DNA of 64,000 nucleotides. Origin: Octopus vulgaris. Lineage: Eukaryota. Under the pieces are notes generated by a model. It saw nothing but the letters and a program-made list of their open reading frames with translations, did not search any database and was not told the origin of the DNA. The position numbers and the translations under genes are program-made. The stretch is taken from NCBI GenBank assembly GCA_951406725.2, contig OX597818.1:35712001-35776000 (forward strand), given 5' to 3'. Shown one piece after another: positions 1 through 13,220 of the stretch. Each line of letters begins with the position of its first letter. Within the stretch, counting starts at the first letter, position 1.

Positions 1-237
1 ATAAGAGGATAACTACTATTTGCGCCGAATTTGTGCTCATAACACACTCGATTCGTTAGCACGGTATTTCGATATCATTGTATTTCGTCAGCCAGGAGTA
101 GCCCGGATTAAGGAATCTAAAAAGTGACAAAGCTCTTGTTTATAACTTCAGCGAACCACCTGCTTTTTGATCTACGCTAAGTAAAAATACACCAGAACTA
201 AACCAACAGCAATACGACTGAAACATTATAAAATATT

Positions 238-382
238 ATTTTCTACTCTAGGCACAAGGGCTGAAATTTTTTGAGAGGGAGCCAATCGATCAGATCGACC
301 CCAGTACGCAATTGGTACTTAATTTATCAACCCCGAAAGGATGAAAGGCAAAATCGACCTCGGCGGAATTTGAACTCAGAAC
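238..382 (-). mobile_element. MESC/Meta-type SINE, 3' part (tail 1)
   Basis: Reverse complement of GTTCTGAGTTCAAATTCCGCCGAGGTCGA...GCCTTTCATCCTTTCGGGG plus tail CCTTGTGCCTAGAGTAGAAAG; same family recurs more than 15 times in the window. Confidence 0.85.
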
Positions 383-529
383 ATAAATACTAACATTTTT
401 TAGTATTATTGTTATTTTTTCTTTGCATATTTAGATATAAATTATGCGACGTTATTTTTCGGATATAACAGGGTGATTTCTTTAGTAACACCTTGGACAA
501 TGATTTCAAACATTTTTATGCACAAGCAG

Positions 530-1545
530 AAGTAGCAGTGCAATAAGTAATGTCCTTCAAGAAACCTTTCTTTACTTGAGAAAAGCTTTTCTTCGGATGA
601 AAATGCATTCAAGGGAAAAATGTTTTTGTAGTTCGGAGGAAGAGAAGATGGCCTAAGCCTGAGTAAATACTTGTTGATTTTCACATTTCGAAGCCTACAG
701 TAGAATGGATCTTAAAGAACGACTGTAACCGGAAAAAGAAAAGCGGAAGGAAAATCACTTGGGTAGAAAACTCAAAGGCGAATGAAACTGACCGTGTCCT
801 GAATTGGGGAAGCTGGAGAAAGGTTACGACACGGAAGGTGAAGCACAAATGTGAAATACATGTAAATGTTCGAAAAGTTCAAAGGATGCTGAAGGAAATT
901 GGATACAAGTATGGAACGGCCAAGGGGGAAATTCATTTAAGCAAAAACAAAAAAATAAAAACAAACAAGGCAAGATTAAACTGCACAAAATTATGGTTAA
1001 CTACTGTTGATTTTACCAAAGTAATTTTTACTGACAGATGGTACCCTTGGTCAAGGAAAGGTGAACCAATGATGCTGAAGAAAATGCAGATTGGCAGCGG
1101 TGAACTAATAGTATGGGCATGCTCTTTCCAAATGGATAATTTTGGTTAGAGTAACCGAAAGGAAGGCAGAATAATATGAGTTACATCCAGCTGTTGCTAA
1201 CGACAGCCTTGCCTTGTATTAGAAAAGAAATGAGAGATAATTTTATCCTCCAAGAGTATAACTGTAGAATTCTCTTGTCAAAAATAGTCAAGGAATGGAT
1301 GCAAAACATGAAAATAAGTCTACTGGAATGGCCGGCGAGAAGTCCAGGTTTGAACATAATTGAAAATATATGGGACATGTTAGCATGTGTATGACGGACC
1401 AAGAGTGACAAGTGAAGCAGAAGTATGGAAATGGGATTTAGGAAACAAAAAAGACAGAGATAAAAAAAAATGAAATGTTATAATTAACATGTTTGTCCTG
1501 TACAACGAACGAATAGTGCAAGTAATCCAAAAGAAAGTCGAGTGT
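530..1545 (+). pseudogene. Tc1/Tc3-like DDE transposase relic, frameshifted
   Basis: ORF pieces VDFTKVIFTD (first Asp motif), DNFILQEYN (QDN-like) and LEWPARSPGLNIIENIW (WPxxSPDLNPIENxW motif); boundaries approximate, TIRs not found. Confidence 0.85.
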
Positions 1546-1582
1546 GAGGACTACAGAAGCTGAGAGGTACTGTTCGAAAAAT

Positions 1583-1997
1583 GTTCTTTTTTACTATAGG
1601 CACAAGATCCGAAATTTTTGGGGAGGGGCCCAGTCGATTAGATCGACTCCAGTACGCAACTGGTACTTAGTTTATCGACCCCGAAAGGATGAAAGGCAAA
1701 GTCGACCTCGGTGGAATTTGAACTCAGAACGTAATGACAGAAGAAACACCGCTACGCATTTCGCCCGGCGTGCTATTCTTATTTCTTTAATGCCCACATA
1801 GAGGGTACAAACAAGGACAGACAAAGGGATTAAGTCGATTAGATTGCCCAGTGCGTAACTGGTACTTAATTTATCGGCCTCGCAAGGATGAAAGGCAAAG
1901 TCGACCTCGGTGGAATTTGAACTCAGAACGTAATGACTGAAGAAACACCGTTACACATTTCACCCGGCGTGCTAGCGATTCTGCCAGCTCGCCGCCT
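1583..1997 (-). mobile_element. Dimeric MESC-type SINE (tail-2 unit plus tail-1 unit)
   Basis: Two SINE bodies; 15-bp TSD TACTGTTCGAAAAAT at 1568-1582 and 1998-2012. Confidence 0.9.
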
Positions 1998-2093
1998 TAC
2001 TGTTCGAAAAATAAAATCTTCATAAAATCTAACTTAAATCTTTACATATGCTCTCAAAGAGTGCTATCATAGCAGGAATACTACGCACATGTA

Positions 2094-2295
2094 TAAGGTA
2101 GCGAATCGTCAGAACAGTTAGCACACAAGGCAATTTGTCCGTCAATACGATCTGAGTTCAAATTCTACCGAGGTCAACTTTACCTTTCATTCTTTCGGGG
2201 TCGATAAAAAAATACCGATTGAACTCAGGGGTTTCATATAATCGACTTGACCCCTCACCCGAAATTATTGGCCTTATGTCAAAATTTTAAACCAA
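2094..2295 (+). mobile_element. Old diverged MESC-type SINE
   Basis: Degenerate head AAGGTAGCGAATCG, CCTTTCATTCTTTCGGGGTCGATAAA core and tail 1. Confidence 0.75.
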
Positions 2296-2499
2296 TATAA
2301 TACATTGTCTACATTGTTTTACCCTAAAAGTATGTCTGTCACTAGGTATCTACAAGTACTATATATATGGGGTTCGAAAAAGTGTGTCGACTCCCAGAAA
2401 TAATTTTAGAAAATGTTTGAAAATAATACCAAAATCTTTACCAAATTATACTGCCGCAGTGGAAAACAATTGGTGAGGTTCTTCACTAGACTACTAACA

Positions 2500-2766
2500 T
2501 TTGAACTCGGGACGTAACGACAGGCGAAATACGTATTTCTTTACTACCCACAAGGGGCTACACACAGAGAGGTCAAACAAGGACAGACAAACGGATTAAG
2601 TCGAATACATCAACCCCAGTGCGTAATTGGTACTTAATTTATCGACCCCGAAAGGATGAAAGGCTAAGTCGACCTCGGCGGAATTTGAACTCAGTACGTA
2701 GCGACGGGCGAAATACATCTAAGCATTTTGTCCAGTGTGCTAACGTTTCTGCCAGCTCGCCGCCTT
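2500..2766 (-). mobile_element. MESC-type SINE (tail 2) followed by start of a second unit
   Basis: Full head-to-tail-2 copy; re-entry junction AAGAAATA|CGTATTTCG near 2525-2540. Confidence 0.85.
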
Positions 2767-4429
2767 TTGTTCACGCTGCTTTCTAGATGCATCGGCATGG
2801 TGGGACGTAATGTAAAGACTTTCATTATAAGAGGCTAATCGAGAACAACTTTAAATAACATACAGGCGGTATATTTACTGTAAGTGTAATTCTACTTCCC
2901 TTCGAAATACATAATGATCCTAAAAGACAGAAAAAGCGATCTCTGATAAAGTGAAGTAATTACGTGATAGGAATAGCAATCCTCAAATACGTGCAACTGA
3001 GAGAGAGAATAAAAACACCTACTCGTTCAATCTTCATTTATATAGATAAGTACTTCAAGCTATCAACCATATACCTGTACAAGAATATTTAACTACACAA
3101 AACCAGTTGAAATTATAACTAACACTTGTTGTAGAGATTCAACACCTTAGGGAAAAATGAAATTTGGATTAAATATAGACTATTACTAACAAAACAAATA
3201 CAGTCAACTCTTTAAAAAGATATGTTATTATGCGCTCAATGTTTACGTTATAACAACCATAACCGCTTGCTTGAGCCTTCGTGGAACTTATAGTGACACA
3301 CGTCTGAATAAATATATTTATATGTATGTCATTGTTCAGTTTTATTTCAAGATTTCTTGCCAATAGAGAAAGAGTCGGTTTCTAAACTAGATTCAAGGCT
3401 CCTTCATTGGAATTTCATCATCAACAACAGGGTATTTTGTATGTATGTATGTATGTATGTATGTATGTATGTATGTATGTATGTATGTGTGCAGATTTGT
3501 ATGTTTTGCTTTATGTATGTATTCTCATGCATATATTTGCATATCTAGACATGCTCCTGTATATTTAAATGATAAACTCCAGGAAAGTCTTACAGAATTT
3601 TACAGTTGCTATAATGGATTGAATCTGTAGTCTTCGAATTAGCTGTTTGTGTAGAAGTGTAGGTAGTGTAATGTTTGTGCATGTGTGTGCATCTGTCTGT
3701 TTGTGTGTATGTCTCTCTGTCCGTTTGTGTGTGTGTCGGTTATCGAAGCTCAAAATCCTCGTCTGACCGGAAAACTGTGATAAATTTTAAAATAAGCGTC
3801 GAATTTTACATTCAAGTTAAATTCAGCTCTTTCGTCATAACAAAAATGCTCCTTTCTTTATTTGTTGATTATTGTCGTTTTCGAGTGACTTACGTGGATT
3901 TTGCTAACCATAGGTATCGGTGCCATCTTGAATTAATGCATGTTTTACATTACAATAACCATGACTGTCTGACTGAGCTTTCGTGAAGCTTAAAGTAGTG
4001 GCAGACGGTTGAATAGATATATTTATATCACTGTTCATATCAACACATTAAATCTACAAAGACATATACACGCTTAAACGCGCGATCACGCATGCAAGGA
4101 AATAGAAGTAGACACATATATATTAACTCATATACACGCTATATTTACACAAAATATATGCTTAGCAAGTGATTCTGTATAAGCAATAAGTAAATAGAAA
4201 AAGTGTGAGAGTGATTGATATCAGTCGAAAATATGAAAGTCGGAAATATTCTCAGCGGGAAAGCTTTCCTTTATTGTGAGACGATTGTAAGAACTACATA
4301 CACAGTGGGTAGAATAGTCAAATTGCTGTCACAAATCCCGGATGTAGACAATAGATGAGCACATGTTCAATCATTAAATCTATACAATTGCAATAGGTCT
4401 TCCCACGTAAATATTTAATACAAACACAT

Positions 4430-4478
4430 GTACGTACGTACGTACGTACGTATGTATGTATGTATGTATGTATGTATG

Positions 4479-4509
<31 letters not shown>

Positions 4510-4542
4510 GTATGTATGTACGCATGCATGTATGTATGTATG

Positions 4543-4574
<32 letters not shown>

Positions 4575-4638
4575 CGTCTGTGCATTCATTTACGTTGGTG
4601 TGGAAGTGTAGGGGATGTGGCATTGTGCATGTGCGTAG

Positions 4639-4680
<42 letters not shown>
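4430..4680. repeat. Compound microsatellite (TACG)n(TATG)n...(GT)n
   Basis: Directly visible. Confidence 0.95.
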
Positions 4681-4822
4681 ATGTGGGAAGGTCTATCGAA
4701 GCTCAAAATCTTCGTCTGACCGAATTTCTCATAAATGCGCAATGAAATTGGTTCTTTTGAAATTTCCCGCCTGTTACTAAGCGGAAATATAGTCTGCTTA
4801 GCTTGGGAATATACACGCATAC

Positions 4823-4871
<49 letters not shown>

Positions 4872-4901
4872 TGTATGTATTCTAATTTAAAGAGCAAATT
4901 A

Positions 4902-4935
<34 letters not shown>

Positions 4936-5480
4936 GTGTGTGTGTGTACATATGAATAATATGAGCGATAAGAATTCATGTTGTCACCTTTGATTTTGGC
5001 AGAGATAGACTGTTACTTTAATGGATGTTAGAACAAAGTGTGTCTCGTTAATAATTGTGTAAAGTTTTCCACTAAAGCTTCTATGTTGTAATTTTTTTTT
5101 CTTGGAGGAAATGCAACGTTAAAAATCATACTTGCGTTTACATATTCATATATTACTCATAATTATGTATGTGTAACTATGCATCTAATTAAAGTCTAAT
5201 TTTGATTTAATCTTTACCGCATCAATGTTTATTTTCTTTCTAAATATTAACATGTCCAATAAATTAGCTTCTTATAGAGAAATAATCTGTCAACTTTATG
5301 GTATACTCGATCGATATTTTACGACATTCCTTTCCAGGTTTAAAGCAAGAAAAATAATTTTCTGCTTTCTCTGTTACGTTATTATTTTTAGTGTATTCTA
5401 ATTTAAAGACAAATTTATTCTAGATTTCCACTTATATTACTCTGAATGTATCAGTATAACAGCAATATGTCTGCACCATT

Positions 5481-6850
5481 AAGGCGGCGAGCTGGCAGAA
5501 ATGTTAGCACGCCAGGCGAAATGCGTAGCCGTATTTCATCTGCCGTTACGTTCTGAGTTCAAATTCCGCCGAGGTCGACTTTGCCTTTCATCCTTTCGGG
5601 GTCGATTAAATAGGTACCAGTTATGCACTGGGGTCGATATAATCGACTTAATCCGTTTGTCTGTCCTTGTTTGTCCCCTCTATGTTTAGCCCCTTGTGGG
5701 CAGTAAAGAAATAAAAATCGTTAGCACGCCGGGCGAAATGCTTACGTCTGTCTTTACGTTCTGAGTTCAAATTCCGCCGAGGTCGACTTTGCCTTTCATC
5801 CTTTGGGGATCGATAATTTAAGTACCTGTTTCGTACTGACGTCGATCTAATCGACTGGGCCCCTCCCCAAAGTGTCGGGCGTTGTGCCTAGATTAAAAAA
5901 GAATATTTCTGCAACATTAAGGCAGCGAGCTGGTAGAAACGTTAGCACGCCGGGCGAAATGCTTACCGGTATTTCGTTTCTCTTTATGTTCTGTAACCGA
6001 CTTAATACCTATGTCTGTCCTTGTTTGTCCACTCTATGTTTAGCCCCTTGTGGGCAGTAAAGAAATAGGTATTTCGTTTCTCTTTACGTTCTGAGTTCAA
6101 ATTCCGCCGAGGTCGACTTTGCCTTTCATCCTTTCAGGTTCGATAATTTAAGTACCAGTTGCGTACTGGGATCTAGCTAATCAACTGGCACCCTCACATA
6201 AAATTTCGGGCCTTGTGCCTAGAATTGAAAAGAATATCATGCGTAAGGCGCCGAGCAAGCACAATTGTTAGCACCCCAGGTATAATGCTTAACGACATCG
6301 AGCCCGTCTTTACGTTCTGAGTTCTAATTCCACCAATTTCGACCATTGGAACTCAGAACATAAAGACAGACGTAAGCATTTCGCCCGGCGTGCTAACGAT
6401 TTTTATTTCTTTACTGCCCACAAGGGGCTAAACATAGAGGGGACAAACAAGGACAGACAAAAGGATTAAGTCGATTACATCGCCCCCCAGTGCATAACTG
6501 GTACTTATTTAATCGACCCCGAAAGGATGAAAGGCAAAGTCGACCTCGGTGGAATTTGAACTCAGAACGTAACGGCAGACGAAATATGACTACGCATTTC
6601 GCCTGGCGTGCTAACGTTTCTGCCAGCTCGCCGCCTTAATGGTGCACCAAGTTTCAGGATCGAGGAAATAAATGCCAGCCAAGCACTGGAATTGATGTAA
6701 GCGATCTGCTCGTTCTCCCAAAACTGTCGGCCTTGTGTCTATAGTAGAAAGGAATACTGAAAGAAACATTTATCAAGCGTAAGGCAGCAAGATGGCAGAA
6801 TCGTTACCGCGCCGGGCAAAATGCTTAGCGGCAATTCTTCCGTCTTTTTT
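5481..6850 (+). mobile_element. Head-to-tail stack of MESC-type SINEs with an inverted local duplication at 6348-6646
   Basis: Heads at about 5481, 5919, 6245 and 6781; TSD-like TCTGCACCATT/TCTGCAACATT and TATCATGCGT/TATCAAGCGT just before heads. Confidence 0.9.
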
Positions 6851-7056
6851 TGATGGACAAGTATCATGATTTTACACCAATAACCATGCGTTTTTTCATA
6901 TTCTGAAAGTCTCCTTTTAATAGATATAACTTAATTAAAGAGACCAGCCTCGTCTGATTCTTGCGCCCAAGAATTCTTAATTAGTATAATTCTTAAGTAG
7001 TATATTTCTTCCTAACAGCATCGATACTCACATACGGTCGTATACTTTTACATACG

Positions 7057-7099
<43 letters not shown>

Positions 7100-7890
7100 A
7101 CAAACACACACACACACGTATTCAAGCGAACGCGCACCCTTATGCACATATGTAAACATTGTATACGAATGATGGCATATAAGTGGTCTATAATAAGATC
7201 GAACCATTTCTTCATTGTTTTAATATGTTAAGCGAAATAACTAAAGCAATATTCAGTTATAAACTTAGCTCTTCTTCTTCTTCTTCTTCTTCTTCTTCTT
7301 CTTCTTCTTCTTCTTCTTCTTCTTCTTCTTTTGTGTTTTCTCTCTGAAAACAGCCGGCTTTTTAAATTTGAATTATGTCCACGACACACAGTATGTCACG
7401 CCGCCAGCGCTAGAGCTCATTCAAGATCTAATGTCACCAATATCACCACTACTACCACCACCATCAAGATATATATATATACGCTTGCGCGCATACGTTT
7501 GTGTGTGTGTCTGTGTTTGTGTATGTGTGTGCGTGCGCTCACGGAGATGGGTTTAAAACTTGTTATTCCTAAAAGAGTTAATCGAATACATTGTCGAATT
7601 AGACCATCTGTCACGCAAACTGTGGGTGGCAAGATGAATGTTTTTAAAGATGTAAATTTGGACACCTGTTGCAAGCTACTGTTCATTTTTCTCCATGCGA
7701 CAACTTATCTTGCTTGGAGAAAAGAATGTTTTGAGTAAGACTTATTGAAAGTTAATACAAACTTAAATTGGCGGAATAAAATAAAAATTTCCAGACGATA
7801 TCTTTGCAGTCATAAAACGCAGGGATTTATTACAATAACAGTCTTCACAAAATCAAGGCATTTAATTTAAGGTAATATTTCTATTTGAGT

Positions 7891-8670
7891 TAAGGCGGCG
7901 AGCTGGCTGAAACGTTAGCACGCCGGGCGAAATGCGTAGCCGTATTTCGTCTGCCGTTACGTTCTGAGTTCAAATTCCGCCGAGGTCGACTTTACCTTTC
8001 ATCCTTTCGGGGTCGATAAATTAAGTACCAGTTACGCACTGGGGTCAATGTAATCGACTTAATTCGATTGTCTGTCCTTGTTTGTCCTCTCTGTGTGTAG
8101 CTCCTTGTGTGTAGTAAAGAAATAGGTATTTTGCCTGCCGCTACGTTCTGAGTTCAAATTCCGCCGAGGTCGACTTTGCCTTTCATCCTTTCGGGGTCGT
8201 TAAATTAAGTACCAGTTACGCACTGGGGGCCAATGTAATCGACTTAATTCGACTGTCTGTAATTATTTGTCCCGTCTGTGTGTAGCCCCTTGTGGGTTGT
8301 AAAGAAATAGGTATTTTGTCTGCCGCTACGTTCTGAGTTCAAATTCCGCCGAGGTCGACTTTGCCTTTCATCCTTTCGGGATCGATAAATTAAGTACCAG
8401 TTACGCACTGGGATCGATGTAATCGATTTAATCCGTTTGTCTGTCCTTGTTTGTCCTCTCTGTCTTTAGCCCCTTGTGGGTAGTAATGAAATAGGTATTT
8501 CGTCCGTCTTTTCGTTCTGAGTTGAAATAACGTCGAGGTCGATTTTTCCCTTTCATCCTTTCGGGGAGTCAATAAATTAAGTACCAGTTAAATACTGGGG
8601 TCAGTGTGATCGACTTCACCCCCCCCCCCCCCACGAAATTATTGGCCTTGTGCCAAAGTTTGAAATCACA
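7891..8670 (+). mobile_element. Tetrameric MESC-type SINE array (three tail-2 units, one older tail-1 unit)
   Basis: GTTCTGAGTT at 7961, 8145, 8330, 8514 (184-185 bp period); single 14-bp TSD ATTTCTATTTGAGT at 7877-7890 and 8671-8684. Confidence 0.92.
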
Positions 8671-9166
8671 ATTTCTATTTGAGTCTTCGAATAATTCAAG
8701 TCAAAAATTAGATTTGACTCATTACGAGAATATGAAACTAAATTAACTTCTCTGTCGATTTCTGTAGCTGCTTTTATTACATGTCAGATCTAGGATGTTC
8801 TTCGTTATTATCTAACATTAATGCATTTCTTCTGGTATTCTTTAGCCGAAGTAACTATTTCAAATTTTGGCACAAGGCCAATAATCATAAGGGAAGGCGT
8901 TAGCGGATAACATCCATTCTGGTGCTTTGTTTTAGTAAACCTTGGAGAGATAACAGATAAAAACAGCCCTCAGTGGGATTTGAGTTTAGAGTGGAAAGAG
9001 CGGGACGAAATATTGCAAGTTCAGATTCTCTGAAGGTTTTGCCCAATGTCATAAATTATTTAAGGGGGTTGTATAACTAATTAAATTAGTTGTATATAAC
9101 TAATTAAATTACTTGTTAAAGTGGTTTGTATAACTAATTAAATTAGCAGCCCCTACATCTCTGGTC

Positions 9167-9465
9167 GTGGATGCACGTGGTCTAATGGTTAGAGCAGCGA
9201 ACTCGCGGTCGAGGGATCGCGGGTTCGAATCTCAGATCGGGCGATGTGTGTGTTTATGAGCGAAACACCTAAGCTCCACGCGGCTTCGACAGAAGGTAAT
9301 GGTGAACATCTGCTGACTCTTTCACCACTACTTTCTCTCACTCTTTCCTCCTGCATCTTGCAGGTCACCTGCGACGGACCGGTGTCCCGTCCAGGTGGGG
9401 AATCCTATACGTCAAGAAAACCGGGAAACCGGCCCTATGTGCCAGGCATGACTCGAGAAGGAACA
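9167..9465 (+). mobile_element. tRNA-derived SINE (separate family)
   Basis: A box TGGTCTAATGG, B box GGTTCGAATC; 13-bp TSD TACATCTCTGGTC at 9154-9166 and 9466-9478. Confidence 0.88.
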
Positions 9466-9585
9466 TACATCTCTGGTCATAATTTCTTAGGTCCATGAAG
9501 AGTAAAAGGCAAAGTGGACCTCGACAAGATTCGACCTCGGCATCATAAAAGACATAACCACATTTCGCATGACATTTCGTCACCT

Positions 9586-9794
9586 TTCCCGGTTTCAATG
9601 GTGTATGTGTTGCCTAGCTGGACGGTACGCCAGTCCATCGCAGCGTTACTCATTTTTGCCAGCTGAGTGGACTGGAGCAACGTGAAATGAAGTGTTTTGC
9701 TCAAGAACACAACACGTCGCCCGGTCCAGGAATCGAAACCACAATCTTGCGATCATGATGCTGACACCCTAACCACTAAGCCACGCGCCTCCAC
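9586..9794 (-). mobile_element. tRNA-derived CORE-like SINE
   Basis: Head GGCGCGTGGCTTAGTGGTTAGG, central TTCTTGAGCAAAACACTTCATTTCACGTTGCTCCAGTCCACTCAGCTG. Confidence 0.85.
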
Positions 9795-10859
9795 TCTATT
9801 ACGTAAGTAATCTACTAATGCAAATGCTTTTATCCATCGTTCGGACGCAGTTTCTAGTAACTAGCTATTTTAAAAGGATTACATGTAATATAGTATTATT
9901 CTCCTTCTTTCGTTTCGTTTATGTCTGATCATGTATTTATTTATTTTACACGAGCTTTAACAAAGATGAAGCATAAAGGAAAACCCTGTTCATGGTAGCT
10001 TATTAAAAATGCCTACTCATCCAATGTGTGGAAACGTGTGTGATGAGTGCGCTGATCCGAATAGCTGAAGTACAAAAACTAAAACAATAAGGAAATGCTC
10101 GAAGAATGATCGATTTCCGGTTGCTTTGAAGACTGCAATTCTGTATAACAAAGAGACCATAATTATAGTATCGCAAATAACAAATGTGGCATTGGTCATC
10201 ACATCAGCTAAACAAGAACCTTGAGTATCAAAAGCCTTAGAAAAATTGATCAATAAATTTAACCTGGATTTTTCTAGGTTATCAAAAGGCCAAACAGAAA
10301 ATTACATTAACAAAATAAAGCGCAGCTTGGGATCAGTTCGATTGGATGTTTTGTTCCCATATTTCCATTCTCTTCCTAGATACAATTGGTAGCTCCACGT
10401 TAAAATATCAATCATTGTCAAATCTGTTTAGAACCTTACCATACATAAAATTATTAATTTTGTTGAATATTTCGTTTGGAATGGAATTCCATTGAAATTG
10501 TGTCAAGGCTGTATATTCAGAGCTGTTAAGAAATAGCTTTAACAAAGTAACGCTACGCTAGCTTCATCGCCTTGAAAGCTAAAATAATGCAAGCCTCGTT
10601 TTCATTCTGCCACCTTTTCGTCTATTCTACTTTACTTTTGCTTCATTTCTTTATCTTTTCGGATTAAGTGCTTAATTTTGCTTACTGGAGTATGAATATT
10701 TTAATTTATTTTAAATTAAATGGGCTCTCTTCTTTTTAAGAATGTGTATTGTAAAAGGAAGTGAATGAAAATAAGTCCAATACCATTTGAAGAGGTATTT
10801 TTTCATTTGACAATGAGATATCATTTCTTCACATACACAATGTTTGTGCATGTACGTAT

Positions 10860-10915
<56 letters not shown>

Positions 10916-10919
10916 GATC

Positions 10920-11045
10920 GACAGAAGGATTTGATCCGCCCGAGGCTATAGTCGAAGACACTTGTCCAGGCTGCCACACAGTAGGGCTGAACCCGGAACC
11001 ATGTAGTTTGGAAGCAAGCTTCTTACCACACAGCTACTCTTGCGC

Positions 11046-11050
<5 letters not shown>
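10920..11050 (-). mobile_element. CORE-type SINE head fragment
   Basis: Reverse complement of AGGCGCAAGAGTAGCTGTGTGGTAAGAAGCTTGCTTCC...GGTTCCGGGTTCAG. Confidence 0.8.
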
Positions 11051-11138
<88 letters not shown>

Positions 11139-11399
11139 CATACATACATATATATACAAAAAACAAAAGACGAAGTCGGGTGTGTAAACAACAAACAAAT
11201 GTATTAGTTTAACGCTCGGGAAATCGTCTATATACATATGTGTGTGAGTGTCTATACATGTGTGTGTATATATGTATATAATATGTTATATTCTATATAT
11301 GAATATATATATATATATATATATACATATATATGTGTGTCTATATATATATGTGTATATACATATATATACATACATATGTATACATATACATATATA

Positions 11400-11452
<53 letters not shown>

Positions 11453-12041
11453 CAAAAATAAAAATGGAAACAGAGGATAAATCACACAGTAGGATTGACC
11501 GACGAAGAAAAACTGAATTCCGTTTCGGGAGACAAATTCAATTATCTTTTGTTTTGATTCTATAACCTTTATTTTTCCTCAGTTTCAGAAGATGAGAGAA
11601 AAAAAAAAGCTAAACGCAAAAAATAGAGAACTTATAAAATATTGAGACGGATAAAGATTATATGATAAAAGAGTTATTGAGGTTAACTATTAATTTTTTT
11701 TTACGAGATTTGTGAAAATACAGGAAAATGGATTTATTGAAATGAATGTAAAACATTTTATTTTCCATATAAGTTTTATTCAATAAGGTGGTTTACAAAT
11801 GGATGTTAGATATTGATTTTATATTAGGATCATTAAACAAAACATATGGGAGCAGACATAACGCTCGGTGTGCTGTAACTGTGAAGCCCGGCGTCAGGCT
11901 GACAAGAATTCCTGTTAACGCAAAGAACCTTATGCTGTTGTTCAAAAGTGGGTTAGTATGATGTATAAAATTAGTTTTTGCAGTAACTGCAGATTCACTA
12001 GTGATGTATTTGCAATGTATATATATACATTCATACACACA

Positions 12042-12102
<61 letters not shown>

Positions 12103-12116
12103 AGAATACTAAATTT

Positions 12117-12845
<729 letters not shown>

Positions 12846-12984
12846 GTTACCTTGTACTATAAAATTACAAGGTAACGCACCAGATTAAAGCAAAATTCTT
12901 TTTATTATAACTGTATATAAAAACACACACACACGCACGCACGCACACACACACACATGTATGCATCTATTTATATATATACAA

Positions 12985-13057
<73 letters not shown>

Positions 13058-13062
<5 letters not shown>

Positions 13063-13220
13063 TCCAAACATGAAAACACAACAACGCGAAGACGTGGAAC
13101 AAGTATAGTGTTACTAGACGCTTAGGAAAGGAAAGAAAGAAGGAGGATTTAACGTTGCGAGCGGAGCTCTTCGTGAGAAACATAGGAAAAAGAAAGATCC
13201 AAGGAAGGAAAGACGGTGGT
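13058..13220 (-). mobile_element. Penelope-like terminal repeat with decayed HHR (family of 29500-29710)
   Basis: Reverse complement matches 29535-29710; core mutated to CTCACGAA...GCAA; abuts (TA)n. Confidence 0.75.

Noticed and set aside
3230-4745. Duplicated blocks (about 3240/3945 and 3735/4690) as a novel element
   Set aside because: Similarity is real but termini and TSDs could not be defined; probably fragments of a common non-autonomous repeat.
7331-7470. Possible host exon after polypyrimidine tract and CAG
   Set aside because: The pyrimidine tract is a (CTT)n microsatellite; no donor site or recognisable peptide.
7891-8670. CRISPR-like array or ribozyme-containing tandem repeat
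   Set aside because: Units are whole SINE bodies with no unique spacers, and I found no CUGANGA/GAAA core on either strand.
10017-10253. RT-like INFSKAFD motif
   Set aside because: Single short motif without supporting neighbouring RT motifs; at most an ancient LINE scrap.
11510-11592. Minus-strand CTGAGGA...GAAACG hammerhead-like motif
   Set aside because: CTGAA/TTCAG pairing exists but helix II and the cleavage triplet are missing; too decayed to call.
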